The notes beneath the pieces are model-generated. The model was not told where the DNA came from and made no database searches. It worked only from the letters and a program-made list of their open reading frames with translations. A DNA stretch of 36,947 nucleotides from Spirogloea muscicola. Its lineage: Eukaryota. Both the position numbers and the translations under genes were made by a program. Shown in pieces: positions 1 to 11,291 of the stretch. Numbering within the stretch: position 1 is the first letter of the stretch; every line of letters begins with the position of its first letter. The stretch lies in the NCBI GenBank assembly GCA_009602725.1, contig WELB01000020.1, forward strand, positions 208,944 through 245,890, in the 5' to 3' direction.

Positions 1-60
1 GACTAGCAGAAGAGACACATGTAAATACAAACACATACCAAGCACTTCCCACTCTGCACC

Positions 61-1341
61 ACCCTCGACAAGGCCTTCTGTTGAATCTATTGCTCCCATG
101 TGGAGACCGCCAGCCACGATTAACTTGTCCTTGAGCGCTGCTGATGCGAAGTGGTGGCGCCCATCATGCAGACTTGGGCCTGTGTCCAATCGGCAACCAA
201 AGTTGGACTTTCAGCTGCCGAGCTGTCAGGAACATGGTCAGCAGATAGCTGACCTGCTAACCAAGCACAAGCACAGGCACAAGTACAAGCACAAGCAGGT
301 TCCATTCACGGAGGACGGACTCCTCTATCGGAGATCTGACATGGCAAGAGGTGCTTGCAGTGCACCAAATTCGGCTGCGTGTCGCACCTGCTGACCAGCC
401 TTTGCTGCTGACATCAAGAACCCATGTCTTTGAGCTTGCAAGTGGAGCACTATTCGAGCTGCGTAAGTCAGGTGACACTCTGCCACCGAGGATATATAAT
501 CTTGAGTTGAAACCTGCGCACTGAGCAGGAGATCAGGGGCCTGTTCAGATCAGCAACATTCGAGCAGTACAGCAATCGAGAATGCCCAACTTGTGCTGTG
601 TCCGAAATAGAGAGCCTGAGCTTTAGCAAGCCGTCAAACATATAAGTATACTGTGAGCCTTTGTCAGACCAACTTGCAACAGCGAGTGGGCTGAGCTGCA
701 GCACATGCTTTCTTCAGCAGATTTTAGACACCCTGCAGTGTACCTGAAATGATGAGAGGTCTGTCCAGCCAGCTGGGAGCTGCAGGGCAGGAAGATCCAG
801 CCAGGCATCATGCGCCGGAGCAAAGGCCTGCCAAATGTGCATCAGAGGGCCCTCATGAGAACATGCCGGAAGACAACCACCATCTAGGTCTGTACCCCCA
901 GCAGCCTGTAAGGCCAATCAAGCATCTAGCACGAGCGAAAGGGCAGCCATGTGCCACCAAGAGCACCTTGACTTCCAGTGTGCCTGCTCCAGTCTTATTG
1001 AAGCAAACACAGAGCAAGCTCTCCTGCAGGCCTTCGGCTCGTCGAACAAGTCCGAGCTCCTCCGAGATGGCCTGTAAAGGGATGGCTTCTTCTCAGGTGG
1101 AGGCAGCTCGCCTCTATGATACAAGAGAGGCGGCACAAGGCTGGTGTTGGAAATTTCTACTGTTCGTCGCTGTTGAATGACAGTCCACGGACTCGTTGAG
1201 CAAGCAGTAGTAAGGCGATATGTATTGACGTACTTTGCGCCATGATTTGGAGACGCCTCTCAGCCTCTGCTGATAGACGAATGGCACCCGGGCCAAGCAC
1301 AGCACGGCTAGTTGATCAGGTAACCCCGGCAGCAATGACAT
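61..1341 (-). CDS. F-box/kelch-repeat protein (3' part runs off the window start). Exons 1341-1234, 1071-967, 905-744, 520-388, 179-~61
   Basis: Hand-spliced in phase with GT-AG junctions: MSLLPGLPDQLAVLCLARVP...VSKSWRK|AISEELGLVRRAEGLQESLLCVCF...|...WQAFAPAHDAWLDLP...FQ|CAGFNSRLYILGG...KGWSA|GPSLHDGRHHFASAALKDKLIVAGG. This is a plant-type F-box (LLPGLPD..A..CL.RVP) followed by kelch GG/W repeats. The start ATG and last donor are uncertain. Confidence 0.88.
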
Positions 1342-1630
1342 GTCATCATCCCAGTGGTCAGACTCCGCCTTCACCTGCCTGTGGGGGCACACGAATGGCC
1401 GTCAGTTGTCATGCTGGTCTTGAGAGGGTGTCTGCATCAGCGGCACAGGAAAGCTCGGTCACATGGCGAGCAGGCAACTCGAGCGCGAATGCGGTGCAGG
1501 TGACTGGGAAGGGACGTGTTCATTGTAGCAACGTGCGAGTGCATAAGATGCACTGCGCTCCGTTCGGATGACCGCCGCAGCACCTCCTCTACCGCCACCG
1601 TCTCGAGTCACCTCTTCGAGTCTCCTTGCA

Positions 1631-1830
1631 GGAGGAGCTCCGCTGGCCCGACGATTGGCAGCAACCCACCATGGTGGTGCGAAGGTGCCTTGTTGCGATG
1701 CCGTGGCAGCACGAGCAGCTCGCCCGGGCTGTGATGCGGGCAGAGGAGCCACAGTCCGGCTACTACGAGAGGAGAGACCAGCTGGTCCGGTCGGGCGACA
1801 CGGACCTGCTCCTGGCGCTGGCCAGGCAGC
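1631..1830 (+). other. Unassigned coding-like segment (EELRWPDDWQQPTMVVRRCLVAMPWQHEQLARAVMRAEEPQSGYYERRDQLVRSGDTDLLLALARQ)
   Basis: Preceded by an acceptor-like tctccttgcag. Third codon positions are strongly G/C and the amino-acid composition is globular-like. No family recognised. Confidence 0.3.
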
Positions 1831-2276
1831 CGCCCATCGCCCCGGCGAGGAGCTGGCGCGGGGGCCCTCCCGCAGGTGCTCGGCCAGGGCCAGCAGTCGA
1901 CGGAGTGGCGAGGCGGCGCCGCAGGAGCCGCCGGCGAGGGCGAGGGCCGCCGGGGGGCGGCGGCGGCCAAGGCGTCCTGGAGGCGGGGCCGAGCAGCCGG
2001 CGGCCAGGCGGGCACGGGGCACGAACGCTCGGCCCCCTCGGCATTTCCCATCTCCTTGTAGATGCGGGCCTTGACGCCATTCTGGCCCCCCCCCTCCCAA
2101 CTCTCCCCCTCCTCTTCTCCGGCTGCCCGATCACAGCCATCGCCCTCGACTGGACAAGGCTTCCTCGCTTCGATGGCGCCCTGAGGGAGCGGGCGCCGAA
2201 CCTGGCATCGCGGGCTCGGCCCACCGCCAGGGCTGCTTCCTCTACCTTGCCCTGGTACTGGCTTGCTCTGGCTTCC

Positions 2277-2901
2277 CGTACGCGGCCACGAGGACGCCAG
2301 GGTGAGCGGCGGCCGTTGCCTGCAGCGCGCAGCTGTGAGCTGGCGCGCAGCAGAGCCGGCCAGCGGATCCCCCTGACGTGTGCCCGTGGTGGACTGGAGG
2401 ATCTCCATCACACCGCTTCCTGTCCGCCACAGCAAGTCGCTTGGCTGACCGTAGCCCAGCCGGAAGAAGGCTTGGGAAGGCCTCCCGCAGCTCCTCGGCG
2501 ATGACGTCCCGATCCACGCTGTTAACCGCATTTTGGACGTCCACTGCGAGGACCGTCCACCCAGGGTGCAGGTCCAGTACGGGGCCGTACTGGATCTGCC
2601 GTACTGGACCTGCACCCAGGGTGGACGGTCTCGCGTGGACTTCCGCGACGCGTTCAACAGGGTGGATTGGGATTGCCGAGGAGCTGAGGGAGGCCCCAAG
2701 CCCCAAGCCTCCTGCCCTCGTAGCCCAGCCAAGCGACTTGCTGTGGCGGACAGGGAGCAATGTGGTGAAGATCCTCCAGTCCCTCACGGGCACACATCAA
2801 TGGAATGTGCTGGCTGGCCGGAGCCTACTACGTGCTGGCTCACAACCGCACGCTGCAGGCAACGGTCGCAGCTCACCCTGGCGTCCTCGTGCCCACGTAC
2901 G
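2277..2901. repeat. Imperfect palindrome/fold-back with ~300 bp arms, centred near 2583-2600
   Basis: gaccgtccacccagggtgcaggtccagtacgg (2551-2582) mirrors ccgtactggacctgcacccagggtggacggtc (2599-2630). cagccaagcgacttgctgtggcggacagg and ctcaccctggcgtcctcgtg occur on both arms in opposite orientation. Confidence 0.9.
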
Positions 2902-3470
2902 CCAACGACACCACGCTGGTGGGGCAGCCAGACGAGGTCATGTCCACCTTTGCCACCCTCGAAGGGCAGCTGGGAGAGATTGGCCTGGGCATCCGTGCGG
3001 CAGAATGCAGTGCCTGGTCCCCACAGGGCCTGCCAGCCCTCCTGCGCCTGCCCTCCGGCTGTCAGACACCAGCCGGGGGCACCACTCTCCTTGGGGTCCC
3101 CTTAGGCTTACCAGCCTTTGCAATGTCAGCTGCAGGCACGGCTGCATGAGCTCCTCCGGCTGGCGGACCGCCTCCAAGAGCTGCAAGACGTGCAGCTGGC
3201 ACTCGCCATGCTAACGAGGTGCATTGCACAGGGGCCGCAGTACCTGGCCCGAGTCCTCCCCCTCTCTCTGGCAGCGAAAGCGGCGTATGCGTCATTCGAC
3301 ACCGGCATCCTGGCGAGCGCGGCGACTCTCATCCAGCACAAGGACTTCCGCACGACGTCAGCCGCTCTGCTGCAGGCTAGCCTGCCAGTCAGCCGTGGCA
3401 GCTTGGGCTGCCGCCCACTTGCCCGCGCCTGTGAGGCTGCATATCGGGCAGCTGTGCACAGGTTGCCGCT
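2277..3470 (+). mobile_element. Decayed non-LTR retrotransposon reverse transcriptase fragment, CRE-like clade; its 5' part is present twice as an inverted duplication
   Basis: Minus arm reads WTVLAVDVQNAVNSVDRDVIAEELREAFPSLLP and TGTRQGDPLAG (RT motifs). Plus arm reads VPTYANDTTLVG (degenerate YADD), LLGVPLG, and LQASLPVSRGSLGCRPLARACEAAYRAA (like the QASLP..GGLG segment after the RT of CRE-type elements). Multiple frameshifts. Confidence 0.8.
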
Positions 3471-3736
3471 CCCCTGTCCCAGCGCTTCCTTGTACCCAGC
3501 AGAGGCGCCTGGTGCAGGCGGCAGCTGAAGTGGATACCGGCCCGCTGCCTTGGGCAAAGGCTGTGAACTTCAGCAGGGGGACAGCGAGCGGTGCGCATGC
3601 AATGACAGGGAGGCCGAGCCGAGCCAGTACAAATTTCAGGCCAGAAGAATCAGTGCAGAGGCTGACTTTACACAAAGCGAGCCTCAAGGACTACACGTCC
3701 AGTTTGGAGGAGTCCTAAGGGGGCTATAGGGGATAG

Positions 3737-4520
3737 TTTTCCGGCAGCTAGTCTGTCGAATGTGAGGCTCCTCACTCGTAACTACTGAGTGGTCCATCCC
3801 CGTGCCGTGCTTTTGCCCTCGTTCCTTGGCCCCTCTTGGCCTTAGGCTTTGCTGTATGTAGCCCCATGGCTTGACGTCAGGAGCCGCGTCCTTTTGATTT
3901 GTTTTTTGTCTGCACTTCCTTTACCTTTTGCATGAACACTGTGGTGAGTCTGCTCGGCATCAGGGCCACTTGCGTCAAGGACCACACCCGGAGGAGACCA
4001 CTTCAACTCGTGCACGTTTACGGAGGCTACAGTAAGAAGTGCTCCTCCCTCCTCCAGCATCTGGCCCAGGTGGTTGACGAGCGTCCAGTTGGGGGGGCAG
4101 CTTGGGGCATACTAGTAATGAGCAGGCATAAGTTGCATGGCACAAAATGCGGATTGTGGTCGATTTGCAGCGCTCCTAAGCTTGGCTATTCATCAGCGTG
4201 CTGGGCGAGCTCTGAGCGAGGCCACTGGCTTCAGTGGCAGTGCTCCGCCTTCCCAAGTTAGGCTGTCGGAACTGTGTCTGCTCCATCCTTCAGCCGGCTT
4301 TCGTACTGTTACCTTACACCATTCGGCCCTTCGGACCTTGTCCGTTCTTTTGGTCTCACAGCCACCAAGTCAATATGGAAGCGCTGTTTCGACCTTGTCC
4401 ATTCCTTTGGGCTTTGCCGCGCTTGCCTCTTTGGGCTGGCCTCTCACAGCCACCAGTCACTTTGGCCGCGCTTTTCTTCTACCTTAGCCCCCGTTGGCAT
4501 AGGCCTTCGCTTTATGTAGC
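3737..4520 (+). mobile_element. Cluster of truncated 3' ends of the CRE-like element (ORF C-terminus plus 3' UTR)
   Basis: 3738-3788 reads FPAASLSNVRLLTRNY*. About 4185-4240 reads LAIHQRAGRALSEATGF. It is followed by the family UTR motif ggcccttcggaccttgtcc...gggctggcctctcacagccaccagtca (4325-4460). Confidence 0.7.
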
Positions 4521-4901
4521 CTCATTCTTTTTGCACTAGCTTTTGCTCGAACACTAGAACTCGCTTGATCTGGCCTCCCTCTTATGTGTCGTACGCGCCG
4601 CGCGCCTTCTCTCTCACACCGTGTCCCGCTCCGCCAGCGCCAGGCTCGTCGTCAAAGCCGCGCCCCTTACAGCCACTTTTTTAGTGTGAACAGCCGCATC
4701 ACAACGAGCCCGCTGACATCAGCGCCCCAGCTCTGCCCTGGAGGCAGCCTCCCGCGGCCACTTTCAGCGAACCCCGTGCGCCTCTCTCGGTCTCCCACAA
4801 GGCGAGAGCGGGCGAGCGTGCGAGCCGCAGTGGGAGCTTCACGGCGACCGCAGTCGCGCGCGCCCGCTACCTGCGGCTCGGACGCTACCTCCTCCCCGCA
4901 C

Positions 4902-6112
4902 ATGGCTACCAAGACTGCCGCTGACATCCTCGAGGAGTGCCACTTCCCCAGGGGCCTCCTCCCCGACACTGTGACAGGTACAAGCCTGCAGCTCGAGAGA
5001 TTCCGCTGACTCAGCGGCAGGTCCCGCTTTTCAGAAGACGTGTGCTCCAGCGCCCTCTCATGACATCATGGCACGTGATGCTGGCTGCTGGACGCGCTAG
5101 GACCCACTGGCAGACAGTGGCCTCGCTGCATCCCTGAGCAGCCCCGATGAAGAAGCCTAGTGGCTGTAGCTGTAGGTGCGCTGCGGAGGCTAGTGCTTCT
5201 GTCAGTCTTCGTGACAATGTGTGGAAGCGCACGAGCTTTGGAGGAGGGGGCTGCTTGTTGCCCATTCAAGTGAAGTAGGCAGCTTCACAGCAGGCGAGCT
5301 CAGATCAGTATTGACGTACTCTCCTCGTAGGATGAGAAATTGCTGCCGCTGACTCATGTTCGTGCATGTCAGTGCAGATTATGTGCTTCTCGATAATGGA
5401 GATTTCAGGTTTGGTTTTAGAGCTGATGGACTCTCCATCTGCCGCTGAGTTCAGTAGAATATGCCACCGCTACTCTTTTATTGCTCCCTGTTACCAGTGT
5501 GCTCCTCCCTACGATCTATGTCTGCGACCTCGTCACCTGCTAGGTAGCACCGGCTGCTATAAGCTTATTTTAGGGGTCTCACTGAATGGACGAGCGTGGA
5601 GCCTGCTCAGTGACCTGTATGTTTTGGCCTGCTTGGAAGGCGTGTTGGCCTGCTTGCTGTCTTCTTTGCAAAAGGAGGCACTGTAGTAACGTTGCCTTGC
5701 GGGCCCATGCGGCAGTTGTACCTTGAGTGAGGTGACGTACAGGACGTTCGGAGAAGGGCCCGAGGCCAAGACTGTTTGCTATGCAAAGAAGCTGAAGGGC
5801 GTCCTGAAGGACATGTCGCTGACCAATTTGAAGGGCATAACAACAAAGAAGGTGAGCAACAACCGGGCAGGAACACTGGAACGCAAAGCATCTGCTGTGT
5901 TTTTCCAGGCAGCGGAGAGATTGCATCAGGCGGAGTGGCTCGGCACTTGTGAGCTGACTGCTCCGACCTGTCTAGCTGCGCAGTTCTTCTTGTGGGTCGG
6001 CGTGAACGCAATCAAGCGGGACACACCTACTTCTACGAACATCAAGTTCATTGCAGGGCCAGTGACTAAAGAGCTGCCTGTCTCGTGGTTTGAGGCTCCA
6101 GCCTCAAGCTAG
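4902..6112 (+). CDS. DUF538-family protein, 123 aa. Exons 4902-4977, 5378-5408, 5716-5851, 5984-6112
   Basis: Spliced: MATKTAADILEECHFPRGLLPDTVTDYVLLDNGDFSCTLSEVTYRTFG...CYAKKLKGVLKDMSLTNLKGITTKKFFLWVGVNAI...KELPVSWFEAPASS*. The P.GLLP and K..FLWV motifs are typical of DUF538. All junctions are GT-AG and in phase. Confidence 0.9.
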
Positions 6113-6544
6113 CAGCCAATGGCCCCATATTCTATGGTGTGGCACAGTCTCCCCGTCCTAAATTAGTCCCCACCGGGTCTACTGAACAGGCAGTGGCACG
6201 TGGCTATGCCCATGCCCGTGCCCGTCTCTCAATCAGCTCCGAAGTGTCACAAGACCCGTGCAGCATGCCGCAAGGCAGTCCATGCATCCAGAATTGACGT
6301 TGTACTATACTTGTAGTCGGCCGTCATCCTCGAGCTACCGTTCCTGGGGTGTGGGCTGGTGCTGCCACTCCGTGCAGATGTCCTACTTGAGCTGAAGAGT
6401 CGCAGAAGCGCACTGCTCGAAGAGGATGCACACGTGAGCGGTGAGGCTTTACTTGTAGCCGGGGAGCGATGGCGGTCTAGGGTGGTGGCACGCGGCTGGA
6501 GAGGTAGGCGGGGCGAGGAGCCCAGCCATGTGGGCGCTGTAATG

Positions 6545-7205
6545 CGCCTTGTCCTTTCCTTTGGGCTGGCCTCTCCCAGCCACAAGTTGATCTGGCCGCG
6601 CTTGCTCTCGCTGTAATGAGGTGAGGCGCGCAGGAGCGAACAGCGACAGCAAGGAAGGGGAAATCGTTGTGTATTGGAAAGAATTGAAGGCCAAAGTAGC
6701 CAAGTACAAAGGCAAGCACACCTGATGACGTACATCACCTCCTGCAGGTTGACCCGGCACGGGAGGGGGTTGAAGTGAAAGGGCGGCAGGCAACAGCGGC
6801 TAGGTGGCCGGAGGGCGCTGCGCCTGCGACGGAGTTGGTGGCTGGTGGGGTGGGTGGGTGGCGGGCGCGCGGAAAAAGAGAAGGGGGGGGGGGGAGCGGC
6901 TACAGTGGTGGTGGCGGTCTGCCAACACAGACGGTCACCGGACACGAGGGAGAAGCAGCTCTCCCAAAGTGGGCGAGGGCTGTGGAATGCCAGCACCACA
7001 GAACAAGGTCCAAACGAATGAGAGGCTCTTCTGGAGAGTTGCCCCGTTACTCGGAGTTTTGTAGGGCTCGTAATGGCCTCCCTGTCATGTCATGCGCACC
7101 GCGCGCTCTCTCTCTTCTGGACAGAAAGAAAGTGGCTCTCGCAATGGGGGGCAAAGGGCTGCGAGAAGCCACAAGCCAGCACGGGGGCCAAGCGAAGGGG
7201 CCACG
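6545..7205. mobile_element. Scattered 3' UTR remnants of the same retroelement family
   Basis: ccttgtcctttcctttgggctggcctctcccagccacaag (6547-6586, +). Minus-orientation copies at ~6955-7012 and ~7128-7203 (gtggctctcgcaatggggggcaaagggctgcgagaagcca, compare 17958-17995). Confidence 0.6.
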
Positions 7206-7372
7206 CGTTTGGAGAGGCGCGCTCTTATGAAAGCCGGCCGAAGTGCAGCGGGGGCTCGGGACCCACGACGAGGCAGAGCCGGCCGGCCGAGGAGCCGGAG
7301 CGCGGCCAAGCGGAGGGAGAAGTGGGGGGGGGGGCACGTGGCGGCCCGCGAGCGCGGGGGAGNGCTCCCCAC

Positions 7373-7379
7373 ATGGTCA

Positions 7380-7411
<32 letters not shown>

Positions 7412-10400
7412 TCGAGCGCCAAGCGGCCCTCCGTTTCGCCGTCCTGCCTCGCCCTGCCCTCCGTGAGACTGACGCCGCTGCCCGCCTTTGCCTGGCTGCG
7501 CGGCGCAGGGGCAGAGGCGGTCCGGGTGCAAGCTGCGGGCCGCCCAGTCCACTCTCGGCTGGGCGCTGCTCATCGTCCTCTGGACCTACCTCGTCCTCAA
7601 CCTCCAGTCCACGTGGACCGTGCCCGACCGCTGGATCGAGGCCACCGTGCAGGTGCGCCCGCTCGACCACCGCCGGGCCCCTGCCGTGCTTCACGCCTCC
7701 GCCACTGCGCTCGGGTCTCATGGCCGCCGACCTTTCCCTATTGAGGGCCCGGCGCGCCGATACCGCCGGTTGCCAAGCTCCGTACTTTCATCTGTACTTT
7801 CATCTATACTCGGGGGGGCTGGCCAGAGCCCACCGTCCTCTTCACGGCCGCGTCCTGCTCTTGCAGCAGCCTGACCGCCGCCCTGCCGTCGCTCCCTTGT
7901 CGCCCGCAGAAGCGAGCTTGGCTGGGCCACCTCGTGAGAGCGGGCAGCGATGGCGAGGACATCCTGCGGTCGGAGGAGAGCCTCCGCCTCCGGTCTGGCC
8001 GAGGCCTGGTCTTCTCCATCCTGCAGAGCCCCTTCTTCTCCACCGTCGGCAGCAGAGACGCGTCCGACCGCGAAGGAGGAGCAGCTGCGGAGCTGATCAC
8101 GGTGCGGGGAGGCCTGAGCCGAGGGGCCGCAGAGGACAGGCGCCTGCTGCTGGAGGGGCAGGGCGGCTTGGGGGCGCAAGGGGGCGGCTCTGGCAAGGGC
8201 GAAGAGGGGGAGGCTGGGGCGCAGGACGACAAAGGCCTCGAGGAGCGCAAGGAAGAGGCGGATCCTGAGGCCGAGACGCAGGACGAGAGCAGCGAGGAGG
8301 GGGCGGACGACCAAGGCGACGAGGAGGGCGGAGCAGCAGGCGAGGATGCCTCGCAGGCGACTGTCATCCCCGGCTCCAAGCTCCTGCAAGCCGTCAAGGT
8401 GGACATTGGGCGACGGGTCGGGAACTTTGACGCCATCGAGGCCTCGGTGTACCGAGGAGGCGACCTCCTGGAGGCAGGCAGGCCTGGGAAAGTCTGCAGA
8501 AAGCAGGGCGGAGCATTTGCCAGGTACATTCATGATGGCCTCAACCATGTGTAGGAGGAGCCCCCGCTGTTGCTATCGCTGCAGTGTCTCACTACTGCGC
8601 TTGCTAGGGTTGATCAGCTGACATGTCTGCTCATTACAGGGTGGTGAGTGGCAAGCGGATCCTGGTGGTTATGCATGAGCTTTCGTTCACCGGGGCTCCC
8701 CTCGGTATGTTCCTGCTCTGCAAGTGGCTGCTGGTGATGAGAATGCTTTGCCAAAGGAAACCCACACAATAGTAACGCGCGCCATGAGCGCTGCTTGCCC
8801 AAGGCCGGGAAGCACGCACCATTCTCCTCCTTGTTGACGGGAATGATTGGCTGGTATCTAGGGAGGAGCAGGGAGCTTGGGCGTGCTCTTGACGCTCGGC
8901 TTGTGGCCTCTTGCCTTGAATCTCAACAGCCGTGGTCGAGCTTGCTGGCGAGATGGTGGGCTGCGGAGCCACAGTGGATGCTGTAGTACTCAACCGCAGG
9001 GGAGCTGCCTTGAAGGAGCTGTCCAGGCGGCACATCGGCCTCATCAAGGACAAGGGCGTGGCCAGCTGGGATGCGGCCATGAACGCTGATGTGGTCATCG
9101 TGGGCTCAGCCGCCTCTGTGGCATGGATCGGTAGGGGCCATTTCGTCTCTCCATGTTCAGCCACAAGACAAGGCACCCACCCCTCCTGCAGCCTGTGGTT
9201 GAAGTGGAGGTTTCTGTCAGCACAAGCTCACCTCTGTGACGATCCTGATGCACATGTCGGACATGGATGACAGCAGCAACAACCTCGCTTGCTTGCTGCT
9301 TGACACATGGCAGGCTGACAGAGAGGGGTGACCTTACGAATGGCTCTCATCCATCTGCTCGCGTGCAGGCCCCTTTCTCCTCGTCCACGGCGACTGTGCG
9401 CACAAGCTTGTCTGGTGGCTCATGGAGAACAGGCAGGAGTACTACGAGATGGCAAAGCCGCAGCTCCACAAGGTTGGCGCTCTGGTCTTCATCTCCAAGC
9501 TCCAGTCACGCCTGTGGCACTCTTGGGCCCAGCAGGACCGCGTCAAGCTGCCTGCCCACACGGGGCAGGTTCACCTCTCCATCTCCGAGGACCTTGCTCG
9601 TATGACCGGCATTGCTGAAGGAATGGACAAGCGGCCAGACCTGGTGAAGCTGGCAGAGGAGAAGCGCAAGAAGCTGCGGTCAACGGTCAGGAAAATGCTG
9701 GGTCTCAGCAAGGACGACTGGCTGCTCGTCTGTCTGAGCTCTGTGAACCCCGGGAAAGGGCAGCTCCAGCTTATCAGGGCTGTCAGGATGACGCTGGACA
9801 TGATTGTCTGGGAGGGCCGAATGATGGAGGAGGAGTCGGAGGAGGGTGCACACAGTGCTGCTACTTCTTCCGAGGATTCTGGCACAGCGGATGCAGAGGC
9901 GGATGCGGTACCAACAGGTACTGAGCAGGCTGAGAGTGAGGAAGGGGCGACAGAAGTAGCAGCTCTTCGGCGACGACGGCTTCTCGAGGAGCAGACGGAG
10001 GAGCAGATGGAGGAGCAGGCGGAGGAGCAGATGGAGGAGCCTGTGGAAGAGGAGCAGGCTGACGCAGGAGCAAAGGAGCTTCGGGAGACTGTTGCAGGGA
10101 CTGAGGAGGATGCTGCAGGTGGGCAGGACGACGCTCACGATGAGAGCATGTCCATCAGGCCCGAGCGTGGCCTCAAGGAGGTGAAGCAGGAGTCAGGGGG
10201 CGAGATGACAGGTGTGCCGCCTGTGCTCAAAGTGAGGAAGAGGAAGCAGCTGAAGCTTCTAATCGGCTCCATGGGCTGCAAGAGCAACAAGGCTGAGTAC
10301 CTGGCAAAGCTCCAGATGGAGCTCGGAGAGCGACGGAAGGACATGGCTAACATGGTTTTCTGGGCTGACACTACAGCCAAGGTGGCACCTCTGTATGCAG

Positions 10401-11291
10401 CTGCAGACGCCTATGTCATGAACGCGCAGGTAGGATGCCTTCAATTCTGCAAAGCAAAGTTGCTCCTGTGTTATATTTTGTATCTGCTCTTGCAGGCCCT
10501 GTGTGATTCTTGCATGTATTAGCAAGTCCACACTGCACATAGATTTGGCAATACTAGGAGGGACATCTTTGCCTGCACCTCGCGAGCTTGCGCGTGGATG
10601 ACGCTATATGTGGCTTCCAAGTCATCGTCTCACTCTCTTATGCGCGCTTCCTGTTTAATCACAGGGCCTGGGGGAGACATTTGGCAGAGTTACTGTCGAA
10701 GCAATGGCATTTGGGCTCCCGGTATGTACATGATTGAGCTCCCTGATTCTGAACTCGTGATTACCTCTATGAAAGCGAAGAGGAGTCAAGTGCAGTACTC
10801 ATAAGCAGAGCAGTCAATCTACACAATACCTTGTGACACAACACCATGTTGTGCACCGACAAATGCGTGTCAGCAAGAATCATCATGGAATCATCATGCC
10901 AGTGTGACTCAAGATGCTGAAATGCTCGATGCAGATACTGGGAACAAGTGCAGGCGGCACGCGCGAGATTGTGATCAACAACAGCACTGGCCTCCTCCAC
11001 CCTGTTGGTAAGAAAGGGGTGCCTGTGCTGGCCGAGCACATCAAGTATTTCCTTGAGCACTCAAAGAAGGGCGTGGAAATGGGACAGACTGGGAAGCAGA
11101 GGGTGCTGGAGCACTACAGGGATGGACCCATGTATGAAGCTTTTGGACGCTTGCTGCAGCAGGTCATGGTTAGCACAGAGCATCAACTCGCAGCACAGGT
11201 GCTGAAGAAGTCAGGCAGAAAACCAAAGAGGAGAGGCATGAAGCAGCCAAAGCTCAAGTACTTCCGAAGTGGCCAACCTTACAGGGTATGA
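7373..11291 (+). CDS. Membrane-anchored GT-B glycosyltransferase (Glycos_transf_1/GT4-type, plant At1g52420/At3g15940-like). Exons ~7373-7432?, 7509-7652, ~7910-8523, 8640-8704, 8930-9130, 9369-10429, 10665-10721, 10935-11291
   Basis: TM segment WALLIVLWTYLVLNLQSTW; HELSFTGAPLAVVELA; WWLMENRQEYY; LSSVNPGKGQL; LYAAADAYVMNAQ|GLGETFGRVTVEAMAFGLP|ILGTSAGGTREIV (the E-X7-E motif of GT4). The 5' exon is uncertain because of an N at 7363. Confidence 0.88.

Noticed and set aside
263..298. Hexamer repeat (caagca-like) and other micro-duplications (7782-7805, 17472-17505)
   Set aside because: Ordinary slippage repeats in introns or TE debris.
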